Shown here one piece after another: positions 28,133 to 39,531 of a DNA stretch of 64,000 nucleotides. Both the position numbers and the translations under genes were made by a program. The first letter of the stretch is position 1, and each line of letters begins with the position of its first letter. The notes under the pieces are model-generated. The model was not told the DNA's origin. It saw only the letters and a list, made by a program, of their open reading frames with translations, and searched no databases. Source of the DNA: an uncultured Leptospirales bacterium (GTDB taxonomy: Bacteria; Spirochaetota; UBA4802; UBA5368); contig CAZVEG010000004.1 in the NCBI GenBank assembly GCA_964625625.1, positions 11,612 through 75,611 of the forward strand. The letters are read 5' to 3'.

Positions 28133-30064
28133 TCACTGGGATCCGCCCTGGGCCACGGGTAAAACGATGGTGAACGTGGTTCCCTCTCCTGTCGAGCTTT
28201 TTACGGTAATGGTGCCGTTATGGCGTTTGATGATCCCATAAGTTACGGCAAGACCGAGGCCGGTCCCCTTTCCCGTCTGTTTGGTCGTGAAAAAGGGATC
28301 GAAAATCTTGCCGATGTTCGCCTCGCTGATGCCGAATCCGGTGTCGATGAATTCGACGATCACCGCGTTCGCCGTGGAATCGAACCTGGTCCTGATGGTG
28401 AGGGTCCCTCCCTCCGACATCGCGTCCGAGGCGTTGAGCGACAGGTTGTTGATAACCTGTTTGATCTGGTTGATGTCGATTTCCATGTCGGGGACCGCGT
28501 CGTCGAAGTCCTTTACTATGGCGATGTTCTGGAAATTGACGTGCTTTTCCAGGATCGAAAGCATTTCGTTGATGACCCGGTTGATGTTCGCGCGCTCCTT
28601 CTCGATGCGCGTTTCCCTGGCGAAGTTGAGGATTTCGCGGACGATCTTCCGGCAGCGCAGCGTCTCGTTGACTATCACCTCCAGGTCGTCCTTGTGCTCG
28701 GTGTCCTTGAGTTCCTCGAGCAGGATGGAGCTGTAGGTAAGCACTCCGGTGAGGGGATTGTTGATCTCGTGGGCGATGCCCGCCGCGAGTTTCCCCAGCG
28801 AGGCGAGTTTTTCCGACTGAATGATCTGCTTCTGCGTGTCCTCTTTCAGGAGGTTGTCGCGCTCGACTATCGCCGCCACCATGGAATTGAAGGTCTTGCA
28901 GAGATACCCCAGCTCGTCCTTGGAGTCGACGGGGATCTGGATGGTGTAGTTGCCCTCGGCGATTTCCTTCGACGCGTTGACCAGGATGTTGACCGGGTGC
29001 AGGAAGTTCTGGATGAGGTAAATCGAAAGACCGATGGCGATGAGCAGGGTTACGATGATGATGACCAGGAACAGGATGGTGGTTTCTTTCTTGATGTCGT
29101 TGAACTTGTTCTCGATGATGCCGACATAGAGAATGCCGATCACCTTGCGATGCAGATCGTAGATCGGGCTGTAGGCCGAAATATACCAGTTGTTGACCAC
29201 GAAGGCCTTGTCGAGCCACAGCTCCCCGCGCTCGAACACCTTCTTGTAAACCTCCTCCGATATGCGCGTTCCAATGGCGCGTACTCCGTCCTCCCTCAGG
29301 ACGTTGGTTGAAACGCGCAGGTCCTCGAGGAAGATCGTCGCCGTGCCATACTCGAATCCGTCGTATTTCTGGTCCTTGAAGACGAGGCTTTTGATCTGGT
29401 CGACCATGTCATAATTGCGGTTGATCAGCCGCGCCCCGTAGATGATACCGATGAGCTTCCCGTCGCGGATCATGGGGGATGCCGCCTTCAGAACCAGCCC
29501 CCGGTCCTCGTTCGTGCTGTCGGTTTTGCGCGCCATCGGCGTTGGTACGAGCGTTATGAACGCCCTGTCGGCGAGATCCTGGCCCTCCCTGACGAGGTGT
29601 TCGTGCGACATTATGTCCGAGCCGAAGCAGGATTTGAGATTTGTCTGGACGTAGCTGATATACTTGTCGTCCGAAACGCTGTCGCCCGACCTGACCGGGT
29701 TGCGCGCCCTGACGATCACCCTGCCCGCGGGATCGACGATGTTCAGGATGTCGAGGTCGAGCTCCCTTTTCACTTCCTGGAGCTTGTTGACCAGAAGCCT
29801 CCTGTCATTGCGCTCGATCGCGTCGTGAATGTACGGCAGAAGCGACAGGTGGCGCATGAAGTGATGGATGATGTGTATTTTGTCTTCGTAGATGTAGCGC
29901 GCGGTCTTGAGGTCGTTCTGGACCTGTTCGTAGGCCTGTCCGACGATGTTGTTGTTGATGATCCGGAGGCCTATGGTAATGGAGGCGGATCCGATGATGA
30001 GCACCACCGAGATGAGGCTTACGATCAGTTTTACGCGAAGGCTCGCCTGTATCCTGGTATTCAT
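28133..30064 (-). CDS. Sensor histidine kinase with large periplasmic (Cache-like) domain, HAMP, HisKA, HATPase_c
   Basis: TM1 (LIVSLISVVLIIGSASITIGL), a periplasmic region of about 300 aa, TM2, then HAMP. H-box AAGIAHEINNPLTGV. HATPase_c (NLSLNASDAM...GKGTGLGLAV). Stop overlaps the upstream VWA gene's stop/start junction. Confidence 0.85.
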   Translation of the reverse strand: MNTRIQASLRVKLIVSLISVVLIIGSASITIGLRIINNNIVGQAYEQVQNDLKTARYIYEDKIHIIHHFMRHLSLLPYIHDAIERNDRRLLVNKLQEVKRELDLDILNIVDPAGRVIVRARNPVRSGDSVSDDKYISYVQTNLKSCFGSDIMSHEHLVREGQDLADRAFITLVPTPMARKTDSTNEDRGLVLKAASPMIRDGKLIGIIYGARLINRNYDMVDQIKSLVFKDQKYDGFEYGTATIFLEDLRVSTNVLREDGVRAIGTRISEEVYKKVFERGELWLDKAFVVNNWYISAYSPIYDLHRKVIGILYVGIIENKFNDIKKETTILFLVIIIVTLLIAIGLSIYLIQNFLHPVNILVNASKEIAEGNYTIQIPVDSKDELGYLCKTFNSMVAAIVERDNLLKEDTQKQIIQSEKLASLGKLAAGIAHEINNPLTGVLTYSSILLEELKDTEHKDDLEVIVNETLRCRKIVREILNFARETRIEKERANINRVINEMLSILEKHVNFQNIAIVKDFDDAVPDMEIDINQIKQVINNLSLNASDAMSEGGTLTIRTRFDSTANAVIVEFIDTGFGISEANIGKIFDPFFTTKQTGKGTGLGLAVTYGIIKRHNGTITVKSSTGEGTTFTIVLPVAQGGSQ

Positions 30065-30065
30065 A

Positions 30066-31412
30066 TCACCTGAACAGCTTATCGATGAATTCGGATAAGT
30101 CCAGAAAATTATTCACCTCTTTCATCTCGGTGCAGTGGGCGGCGTAAAGGCCCGCTATGCTGTCGCTCCAGTCCCAGAGGTGGCGCCTGTCGGGATTGAG
30201 CCAGAATATGTTGCGTGAGGACTCCTTGATGCGGATGAACGAGTCGATTCCCGGGTCCTGGTTGTTGTTCCTCGCGTCTCCCAGCACCAGCACCGTGGTC
30301 TTTCGTCCCAGGGAGTCGCTGTAATCGTCGATGAACTGGTTGAAGCAACGGCCGTAGTTGCTGCCGAAGCCATAGGTGAAATTCGTGTCGGTGAAGATTG
30401 AGTTGAGGGCGCGTTCCGGGTCCATCTCCATGAACAGCGGAGTTATCTCGACCATGTTGCTGATAAAGGCGAAGGTGCGCACCTTCGAAAACAGCCCCTG
30501 AAGCGTGTAGGTGAGCAGCAGCATGAAGCGCGAGTACTGGTTGACCGAGCTCGAGATGTCGCACAGCACCACGAGCTGGGGCCGGTCGATCTTCCTGTCG
30601 CGATAATAAAGCCTGAAGGGGATCCCCCCATGGGCCAGGTTGCTCCGGAAGGTCCGCTTTACATCGAGTCCTCCGTGCTTCACCCGCTTCTTGCGCAGGG
30701 ATATCCTGTTCCTGAGCTTCTGGCCGAAGCGCCTGACGAGCTCCTTCATCTCCTGGACCTCGGCGGGCTTCAGCTGATAGATGAACTTGTTGAGAAGGTA
30801 TTCCTCGCGCTTTCGTATGGATCTTCCGATATTCCTTTCCCGTATCCTTCGGCGCACGCGGCCGATGATGAACCTGAGCGCGGGATCGTCGCCCTCCTCA
30901 TCCCCCTCGACATCGGAACGTCCGCGGCGCGAGCGTGCGTTCATTATCATCATGCCGAGAGCACCGGAAGAAGACGCGAGCGATTCGTCGTCAAGAATGA
31001 TGTTCACGATATCGCTCTCGGAGCGGATTGACAGGCTTTCCTCGGGCAGGCTCTCAAGAAAAGCGTCTATCGCGTCCTCCGCCTCGCGGATATGGTCGGC
31101 GGAGGGTCCGCTTCCGTCGTGTCCGGTGTCGCCGAAGGCGATGGACGAACCATCCGATTCGTCCGCCGGCCGGCGATCGAAGAACTCGCCGAAACAGCGG
31201 TCGAATATGGGCAGATCGGTATAGTCCTTGACCAGGGTGGTCGCGAGAGCCTGCTTGAAGAGCGACCTGTCGGTGAAATCCACATACCCCAGGGCGCCGA
31301 AGACGTCGATCACCTCGGACGGGGAGACGCGCACGTCCGCTTCCTTGAGTATCCTTACGAACTCGAGGATCTTCTGCGTTCCGCGGCGCTGTTCTTCGGT
31401 GGCATACTGCAT
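30066..31412 (-). CDS. VWA-domain protein, CoxE-like (MoxR partner)
   Basis: 448 aa. C-terminal VWA domain with MIDAS DxSxS (VVLCDISSSV). Overall resembles the VWA_CoxE family. Sits directly downstream of a MoxR ATPase. Confidence 0.75.
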   Translation of the reverse strand: MQYATEEQRRGTQKILEFVRILKEADVRVSPSEVIDVFGALGYVDFTDRSLFKQALATTLVKDYTDLPIFDRCFGEFFDRRPADESDGSSIAFGDTGHDGSGPSADHIREAEDAIDAFLESLPEESLSIRSESDIVNIILDDESLASSSGALGMMIMNARSRRGRSDVEGDEEGDDPALRFIIGRVRRRIRERNIGRSIRKREEYLLNKFIYQLKPAEVQEMKELVRRFGQKLRNRISLRKKRVKHGGLDVKRTFRSNLAHGGIPFRLYYRDRKIDRPQLVVLCDISSSVNQYSRFMLLLTYTLQGLFSKVRTFAFISNMVEITPLFMEMDPERALNSIFTDTNFTYGFGSNYGRCFNQFIDDYSDSLGRKTTVLVLGDARNNNQDPGIDSFIRIKESSRNIFWLNPDRRHLWDWSDSIAGLYAAHCTEMKEVNNFLDLSEFIDKLFR

Positions 31413-31448
31413 ACGGTCGACCGCCGTGCGTGGACCGCCCCGGGTATT

Positions 31449-32357
31449 CTAATGAACGAACACCTCGGCGGAATGTTTTTTTACCAGCTCTATGTCCTTT
31501 TCGTATTTTAAAATGAAATTGAGCGTGTCGACGGCCAGATCGCGGCGCAGCACGTCGCATCCCAGGAGAGTCAGGGCTTTCGCCCAGTCCAGTGTCTCGC
31601 TGATGCTCGGCTCCTTCTTGAGGGGAAGCTCCCTTATGCGGTGAACCGCCGCGACGAGCTCTCCCACCAGCCGCTCTCCGCATTCCGGCACCTTGATGGT
31701 GACGATCTTTTCCTCGAGCTTCTGTGAGGGGAAATCGATGTACAGGTGCAGGCAGCGCCTTTTCAGTGCGTCGGACATCTCGCGTGCGTTATTGGAAGTC
31801 AGCAGCACGAAGGGCTTCCGCTCGGCCCTGATCGTACCGATCTCCGGAATGGACACCTGGAAGTCGGAAAGCACCTCGAGCAGAAACGCCTCGAATTCGG
31901 AATCGGATTTGTCGATCTCGTCGATCAGCAGAAGGGTGGGTTTTTTCGCCGTAACCGATTTGAGAATCGGCCGGGGGATGAGAAACTTTTCGGAAAAGAA
32001 AACATCCTCCTCCGATGTCAGCCTGGCGACCGCGTCGGAAAGCGTCTTTTCCCCTTCCAGGAGCGCCGAGAGCTTGTCCTTGAGTATCTGGGTGTAGAGG
32101 AGCTGTTTGGCGTATTCCCACTCGTAGAGCGCCTTCGCCTCGTCGAGCCCCTCGTAGCACTGGAGCCGGATGAGGTCCATGCCGAGCGCCGACGCCATGC
32201 ATTTGCCGAGCTCGGTCTTGCCCACACCGGCGGGTCCCTCCACCAGTACCGGCTTTTCCATCTTCATGGCGAGAAAGACGGTGGTCGCGATTTCCTTGGA
32301 GCAGATGTACTGCTGGCCTTCAAGCGCCTTTATGGTCGATTCAACGTCTTTGAACAT
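31449..32357 (-). CDS. MoxR-family AAA+ ATPase (CoxD-like)
   Basis: Walker A GPAGVGKT, Walker B LLLIDEIDK, and sensor/arginine-finger regions. 302 aa, the typical MoxR size. Confidence 0.85.
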   Translation of the reverse strand: MFKDVESTIKALEGQQYICSKEIATTVFLAMKMEKPVLVEGPAGVGKTELGKCMASALGMDLIRLQCYEGLDEAKALYEWEYAKQLLYTQILKDKLSALLEGEKTLSDAVARLTSEEDVFFSEKFLIPRPILKSVTAKKPTLLLIDEIDKSDSEFEAFLLEVLSDFQVSIPEIGTIRAERKPFVLLTSNNAREMSDALKRRCLHLYIDFPSQKLEEKIVTIKVPECGERLVGELVAAVHRIRELPLKKEPSISETLDWAKALTLLGCDVLRRDLAVDTLNFILKYEKDIELVKKHSAEVFVH

Positions 32358-32458
32358 GTCTGTTGTCCGGTGTCAAACAGTGAATTTTCAAACGCGCCGC
32401 TTCCAGTAGGCGAAACGGAGTTTCAAATGCAAGTAATTTACCGGCGCGGGGATTATAA

Positions 32459-33386
32459 TTATCGGCCTTCGGGCCGGGGCGCGAACAGTCGGGACAGCTT
32501 CAGGTCGTCCGTTTGCGGAAGCTCCGCGGCCATGACGCCGGCGGCGGAGGCCGTTTCGGAAATATGCTTTGCCAGCCCGGCGACTTCGAAGATTTCGAGG
32601 CCGGAGGGCTGGATGCGCCGGCCGCTCATCGCCGCATCGATCTGTGCCCGACGCGACTTCGCCTGCCCGTCGAGCAGTTTCCCGAGGCGTTCCACCGTGG
32701 TCGGTTCGATAATACCCGATATTCCAGGCCGACGCGTCAGGTATAAGCACAGTCCTGTATAGGCTTCCAGGATGAGGGCGCGCTCCACGATCCCCCAGCG
32801 AATGATCGCCCGCTTTACCGCACGGTCGTCGGCCGGAAGCAGGAAGGCGTCATCAATGGTAAAATCCGTCAGGGAAAGCCGCGCGTGGCTCGTGGTTCGC
32901 AGCATCCCCAGTTCGAGCTCCGCGAGTGCGCCCTCCGGCAGAAGGCCCGCCGGCAGGCGGATGATGCGCCGTGTCTCGTCGTTTTTATCAAGCGCGGTGA
33001 TGAGAAGGAATTCGGCGTCCAGGCCCCCGGTGATGTATTTTTTCTCGCCCGAGAGGCGCAGCGAACGACCTTCCGCCAGTGCGCGCATGGGGCGCGCCGG
33101 GTCCTCGGAATGGGCGAGCGCGCCGATTGAGGTCGGGGCGGGAGCGTATTTTTCAAATAAACCGGTCTCGGCTCCTATGGGACGCACCAGGGCGGCCTGG
33201 ACTATCCAGAGTATCGCGATTCCCAGGTCTCCCGCGTCGCGCGTGAAAATGGTGGAGGGCGGGGTTCCTCCGGCGAGGGATTCGATCGAGGGAGGGTACA
33301 GGCCGCACAGCTCATTCCAGGCCGCCGCGCGCAGTGCGGGGTCGCCGCAGCGCGCGGAGTAGCCCGACTCGAGCCGTTTTAAAAAA

Positions 33387-33394
<8 letters not shown>
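32459..33394 (-). CDS. Hypothetical protein with degenerate acyl-CoA-dehydrogenase-like middle/C-terminal fold
   Basis: 311 aa. [25 protein letters not shown] resembles the ACAD middle-domain motif (G.K.FITNG...). The canonical ACAD N-terminal helical domain is absent. Start overlaps the argG stop by 8 nt. Confidence 0.45.
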
Positions 33395-34598
<1,204 letters not shown>

Positions 34599-34671
34599 GG
34601 TGTTCTCCCTCTTATGTGGTCAGGTCCACTTGCGGGCCTTCCCTTTGTTTGCGGGTCCGGGAATGCCGGTT

Positions 34672-35610
34672 TCACTTCATCAGGGCGCACATGAGCGCCT
34701 TCTGAACGTGGAGCCTGTTTTCGGCCTGGTCGAAAACGATCGAGCATTCGGAATCGATGACATCGTCGTCGATTTCCTCCCCGCGATGTGCGGGCAGGCA
34801 ATGCATCACCGCACACCGGTCGGCGCATTTTCTCAGTACCTTCCGGGTGATCCTGTAATCCGCGAACGCCTTCCTGCGGCGTGCGGCCTCTTTTTCCATC
34901 CCCATGCTGGTCCATACGTCCGTGTAGAGGTAGTGGGCACCCTCGACGGCGAGGTTGATGTCGGTTGTTACCGTTAGCTTGGATCCGGTTTTGGAAGAAA
35001 TCTGGAAGGCGAGGGCGCTCACCTGGCTGTCGGGCTGATAACCCCTGGGACAGGCGACGGAGATGTCCATTCCAAGCATGGCGGCGCCGACAAGCAGCGA
35101 GTGGACCATGTTATTGCCGTCGCCCACATAGGCGAGCTTGACCTTTTCCAGCTTCTTTTCGCGCTCGTATATGGTGAAGAAATCCGCCAGCGCCTGGCAT
35201 GGATGAAAGAGGTCGCTCAGTCCGTTAATGACGGGCACGGTGGCGGTTCTGGCGAGCTCCACCACCTTGGAGTGCAGATCGGTTCGTATCATGATGCCAT
35301 CGACATAGCGCGACAGTACGCGCGCCGTATCCGCGACGGTTTCGCCGCGGCCGAGCTGGATGTCGTCCCTGCTCAAAAAAAGCGCGCATCCGCCGAGCTG
35401 GAACATCCCCGCCTCGAACGAGACGCGCGTCCTGGTTGAATTCTTCTCGAAGATCATCGCCAGCGTCTTCCCCTCCAGAACGGGGACGCGTTTCCCCGCC
35501 GCGAGGTCCTTTTTCAGCCGAGCAGACAGATCGAAGATGTTCAGTATTTCAGGCGCTGAGAGATCGGTGAGGGTGACCAGGTCTTTGGTTTTGAGTTTCG
35601 GGATTTTCAC
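34672..35610 (-). CDS. argF: Ornithine carbamoyltransferase
   Basis: STRTRVSFE carbamoyl-phosphate binding motif and HCLPA ornithine-binding motif; 312 aa. Confidence 0.9.
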   Translation of the reverse strand: MKIPKLKTKDLVTLTDLSAPEILNIFDLSARLKKDLAAGKRVPVLEGKTLAMIFEKNSTRTRVSFEAGMFQLGGCALFLSRDDIQLGRGETVADTARVLSRYVDGIMIRTDLHSKVVELARTATVPVINGLSDLFHPCQALADFFTIYEREKKLEKVKLAYVGDGNNMVHSLLVGAAMLGMDISVACPRGYQPDSQVSALAFQISSKTGSKLTVTTDINLAVEGAHYLYTDVWTSMGMEKEAARRRKAFADYRITRKVLRKCADRCAVMHCLPAHRGEEIDDDVIDSECSIVFDQAENRLHVQKALMCALMK

Positions 35611-36821
35611 GATGCGGCCTCGCTCGCGAGAATGGTTTCGAGGATCTTCATGCCCTCCCTCGTCGTCTTCATGGAGATGTTGAGCGGAGGCATTATCCGG
35701 ATCACCTTCTCGGCGGTGCAGTTGATGATGAGCCCGGCGGAGAGCGCCTTTTTAACGATGTCCGTTCCCGGCGTCGAAAGCTCGAGTCCTATGTGCAGCC
35801 CCATGCCCCGGACTTCTTTTATCAACGGGTTTTTCGCCTTCATTGAACGCAGTCGCCCGAAAATGAAGTCCGAAACCGTGGCAAGGTTTTTCGAGAGTGC
35901 CGGTTTTTTAAGCTCTTTCAGGATAAACTCGGCTGCCGCGCACGCCAGGTGGTTGCCGCCGAAGGTGGTGCCGTGGACGCCCCTGCCGAACAGCGGCGAA
36001 AGCTCGTTACGCGCGTGCATCGCCCCCACAGGTACGCCGCCCCCCAGTCCCTTCGCGAGGGTGATGATATCGGGTTTGATGCCGTAGTGCTGGTATGCGA
36101 ACGCGCGCCCGGTCCGTCCGACGCCGGTCTGGACCTCGTCGATGATGAGGAGTATCCGGCGTTTGGCGCACAGCGCGGAGAGCTTTCCGATGAATTCCCT
36201 GTCGGCGATCCGGATACCGCCCTCGCCCTGGATGAGCTCGGTGATGACCGCGCATACACGGTCGTTGCGTCCGATTTCACGCTCGGCCGCCGACAGGTCG
36301 TTGAAGGGCAGATAGGTGAATCCCGGAACGATCGGGCCGAATCCCCTGCGTATTTTCTCCTGCGCGGTGGCGGACATGCCGCCGAAGGTGCGTCCGTGGA
36401 ACGACCCCTCGAATGAAACGATTTCATACCTGTCGGGCGAGATCGACTGGCCGTGGGCGCGCGCGAGCTTGAGGGCCGCCTCGTTCGCCTCGGTCCCGCT
36501 GTTTACGAACAGGGTCTTTCCCGGGAAGGAGAGCTCGCCCACCAGTTTTCCGGCGGCCGCCTGCTCCCGGTTATAGAACCAGTTCGACGAGTGTATAGGG
36601 CGTTCGAGCTGCGCCTGGAGCTTTTTTACGAAGCCCGGGTGTGCGTGGCCGAGGGTGCTAACCGCTATGCCGGCGAAAAAATCGATATAGCGCCGCCCGT
36701 CCTGGTCGTAGAGGAACGAGCCTTCCCCTCCTGTGAAGCATACCGGAAGACGGTCACCGTAGTTCTGGAAGAGGTACTGCCGGTCGCTGTCCATTATATC
36801 CCTGAGCCTTTTCGAAGTCAT
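35607..36821 (-). CDS. argD: Acetylornithine aminotransferase (class-III PLP aminotransferase)
   Basis: GEGSFLYDQDGRRYIDFFAGIAVSTLGHAHP...IIDEVQTGVGRTG...TLAKGLGGG. Start placed at the internal ATG at 36821 (M16 of the ORF-track translation); the alternative start is 36866. Confidence 0.85.
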   Translation of the reverse strand: MTSKRLRDIMDSDRQYLFQNYGDRLPVCFTGGEGSFLYDQDGRRYIDFFAGIAVSTLGHAHPGFVKKLQAQLERPIHSSNWFYNREQAAAGKLVGELSFPGKTLFVNSGTEANEAALKLARAHGQSISPDRYEIVSFEGSFHGRTFGGMSATAQEKIRRGFGPIVPGFTYLPFNDLSAAEREIGRNDRVCAVITELIQGEGGIRIADREFIGKLSALCAKRRILLIIDEVQTGVGRTGRAFAYQHYGIKPDIITLAKGLGGGVPVGAMHARNELSPLFGRGVHGTTFGGNHLACAAAEFILKELKKPALSKNLATVSDFIFGRLRSMKAKNPLIKEVRGMGLHIGLELSTPGTDIVKKALSAGLIINCTAEKVIRIMPPLNISMKTTREGMKILETILASEAAS

Positions 36822-36933
36822 AGCCTTATCCCGAGACGGCATAAAATAAAAACGTCGGGGACGCAACCCCGATCGTGTGAATCAGCATTGGAGATTCTTC
36901 CTTTATGTCAATTAAAAAACGGGTATGTAAAAC

Positions 36934-38079
36934 CTACAGGCGGTAGCCGACGCTGAAATAGCCGAGTGTGTAATCCATGCCCCGATCGGCGAAGAAAATG
37001 TGATGATAGGCGAATCCGGCGCCGAATTCGATCCGCGAGAAGACGAACCGCGCGCCCACGGCAAGATTCACGCACGGGTCGTAGGATCGCCGCGAATCGA
37101 GGATCTCGGGCGGGCCGTTTACATCGGCTCCGGGTATCTCGACGAGCGAGATGGCCAGGCCCGCGCCGGCTCCCGCGGTGAGGGCGAAAAAGCTCTCCAT
37201 TCGATAGAGATAGGTCGCATTGAGCGAGAACGAGCGAAGGGTGAAAATCGATTCCACCGGTTCGTCAGAGTCCCTGGTATTGGCGGTCATGTAGTCGTAT
37301 CGCAGGAGGAGCTCCGTGTCGCGCAGAACGGGAATATCTTTCGCGAAATCGGACGCGGCAAGGTCGTAGCCCGCGTACAGCGAGGTCGACTCGGTCCTGT
37401 CGTAGATGTCGCCCCATGGGCCGTATATGTTTACCATACCGATGGAAGCGCCGAAACTGAATCCGTTGAAGGCGTTATACAGCGAAGCATACGGAGAGGA
37501 GGCGGTCCTCGCCACTTTGACCGCAACCCCCTTCCGGAGTTCGGTGTTGATCTTCTCGGAGAGCCGGTCTATGATCACGAGGAGCATCGCGCCGAGCTCC
37601 TCGCTGGTCTCGTGAATGTCCTTGATCTTCTGATCGTGTACATCGAAAATCTGCGTCTTGATGAAAATGGTGCGGTTTTCCACGTAATAGGAGCCGGTCA
37701 CGACGAAGTCGGCGCTGAACTCCTTGCCGCGGTCGGCCAGGAGGCGGATCCTGTTTTTATACACCTCCTCGGGCGCCGAAGGATCGACGTATTCGAATAT
37801 AACCGGGAAGGAGCGAACCTCGTACATCTTCGAACGCCTGAGCTCGGTCGCGATCGAGTCGGGGATGATGTAGGAATAATAGCCGAACTCCCCGGCCTTT
37901 CCGGTGTTCTGGAAATTATACAGTATGACCTTTCCCTCGGGATAGGTCGGGTTTTTTGACTCGGCAGCCGCCGTCGCCGTCGTTATGACCGCGGCAAGAC
38001 CGAGAGCGATAACGGTTAAAAACCTTGCTCTCGGCGGCGCGCCCGAAGACCCGCGTTTGAAGCGCGATGTGATAAGCAT
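36934..38079 (-). CDS. Putative secreted/outer-membrane protein (signal peptide; beta-rich C-terminal half)
   Basis: Signal peptide (FLTVIALGLAAVITTATAAA). C-terminal half is rich in alternating aromatic/Gly beta-strand-like segments. Embedded between argJ and argD. Confidence 0.5.
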   Translation of the reverse strand: MLITSRFKRGSSGAPPRARFLTVIALGLAAVITTATAAAESKNPTYPEGKVILYNFQNTGKAGEFGYYSYIIPDSIATELRRSKMYEVRSFPVIFEYVDPSAPEEVYKNRIRLLADRGKEFSADFVVTGSYYVENRTIFIKTQIFDVHDQKIKDIHETSEELGAMLLVIIDRLSEKINTELRKGVAVKVARTASSPYASLYNAFNGFSFGASIGMVNIYGPWGDIYDRTESTSLYAGYDLAASDFAKDIPVLRDTELLLRYDYMTANTRDSDEPVESIFTLRSFSLNATYLYRMESFFALTAGAGAGLAISLVEIPGADVNGPPEILDSRRSYDPCVNLAVGARFVFSRIEFGAGFAYHHIFFADRGMDYTLGYFSVGYRL

Positions 38080-38151
38080 GGCCGGTTTCCTGACTCCTGT
38101 CTGCCGTTATTGTCGTCCAAAAAGCTCATTTCGTCAAGAATGAAATACGGT

Positions 38152-39342
38152 TCAGGTCGTGTATTCGGCGTTTATCCTGACATAGTCGTAGGAAAGGTCC
38201 GTGGTAAGGCATTCCGCCCCGGCATCACCCATGCCGAGATCTATCGTGACGACGAGATCCTTTCTGGCAAGACGGGCCTGCAGGTCGGCGCGTACAAAGG
38301 GTACCGGCGTGCCGTTCAGCAGCAGTGTGGCGTCGTCGATCATGATCGTAAGGCTCTTCTCGTCGATGCGGGCGCCCGAGTAGCCCGCCGCGCAGGCGAT
38401 CCGTCCCCAGTTCGGGTCGTTGCCGAACAGCGCGGTCTTCACCAGCAGCGACTGGGCGACCGCCCTCGCCGCAAGCCGCGCGTCGGTCTCGGTGGCGGCA
38501 TGCCGCACAACCACCCGCACGAACTTGGTCGCGCCCTCGCCGTCGCGCACAAGGAGCTCGGCCAGTTTCTTCAGCACGGTAAGCAGCGCTTCCTCGAAGG
38601 CGGCAAGGTCCGCCCCGGTTGAACGGGGGGAATCCGAGACCGGGCACAGCAAAATGGCAGTATCGTTGGTGGACATGTCACCGTCTATGGTGATTGCGTT
38701 AAGGCTGTTGGCTATACAGCGGCGGAATACCGCGTCGAGATCGTTTTTCGCCAGCGGCATGTCGGTGAGCAGGAAGGCGAGCAGGGTGGCCATGTCGGGG
38801 GCCATCATGCCCGCGCCCTTCGCCGTGCCGGCTATGGTGTATGAGGCCTTTCCGGAGGTGAATCTGACGGCGTATTCCTTGGCGAAGGTGTCGGTGGTCA
38901 TGATCGCTTTCGCGATGAGGCCGCCCTTTGCCGGTGAGGCGCCCTGAACGAGTTCCGGGAGGCTCTTCAGCATCTTTTCGGCCGGGAGCTGGACACCGAT
39001 TACACCGGTGGATGCCATGAGGATCGAATCCCCGGGTGCGTCGAGCAGGCGCGCGGTCTCCCTTGTCAGAGTGCGGGCGTTGTCGTATCCTTCATCGCCC
39101 GTGCAGGCATTGGCGTTGGTCGCGTTGATCAGGATTCCGCGCACGGGCAGGACGGTCCGCTCGCGGCAGAGTCGTACCGGGGCCGCGAATACCCGGTTGG
39201 TGGTGAAAACGCCGGCGGCGTGGCACGGTTTCCCGGAAGCGATCAGCGAGAGATCGAGTCTGTTCTGATATTTAATGCCGCACTCCACGGCGGAAAAGAC
39301 ATAGCCGGGAACGTTTTCGAGTCCGCCCGTAAGGATCTCCAT
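38152..39342 (-). CDS. argJ: Bifunctional glutamate N-acetyltransferase/amino-acid acetyltransferase
   Basis: 396 aa. ArgJ signature around the autoproteolytic site (ATLLAFLLTD) plus full-length similarity. Confidence 0.88.
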   Translation of the reverse strand: MEILTGGLENVPGYVFSAVECGIKYQNRLDLSLIASGKPCHAAGVFTTNRVFAAPVRLCRERTVLPVRGILINATNANACTGDEGYDNARTLTRETARLLDAPGDSILMASTGVIGVQLPAEKMLKSLPELVQGASPAKGGLIAKAIMTTDTFAKEYAVRFTSGKASYTIAGTAKGAGMMAPDMATLLAFLLTDMPLAKNDLDAVFRRCIANSLNAITIDGDMSTNDTAILLCPVSDSPRSTGADLAAFEEALLTVLKKLAELLVRDGEGATKFVRVVVRHAATETDARLAARAVAQSLLVKTALFGNDPNWGRIACAAGYSGARIDEKSLTIMIDDATLLLNGTPVPFVRADLQARLARKDLVVTIDLGMGDAGAECLTTDLSYDYVRINAEYTT

Positions 39343-39531
39343 GGCGCTCCTCCTGTCAGCAGTTCAGGGTATCGCCTTCAGGCGATGAGATGATGAGTGG
39401 GGCGAGGCGCGATAAAAGCAATAAAATTTTCAGTATTCCTTCGCTCCTCCCGGGGCCGCGAGTAAAACTTGCGGGCAGGTGGAACGCCGTACGCGCGGTC
39501 CCCCCGCCGTGCGACGGGGGGACCGGGTTCG

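Noticed and set aside
39497-39524. Perfect 9-bp GC hairpin (ggtcccccc…ggggggacc) downstream of the ACAD gene, as a possible terminator
   Set aside because: No U-tract follows on the minus strand, so it is not a convincing intrinsic terminator; it may be a stabilising 3' stem only.
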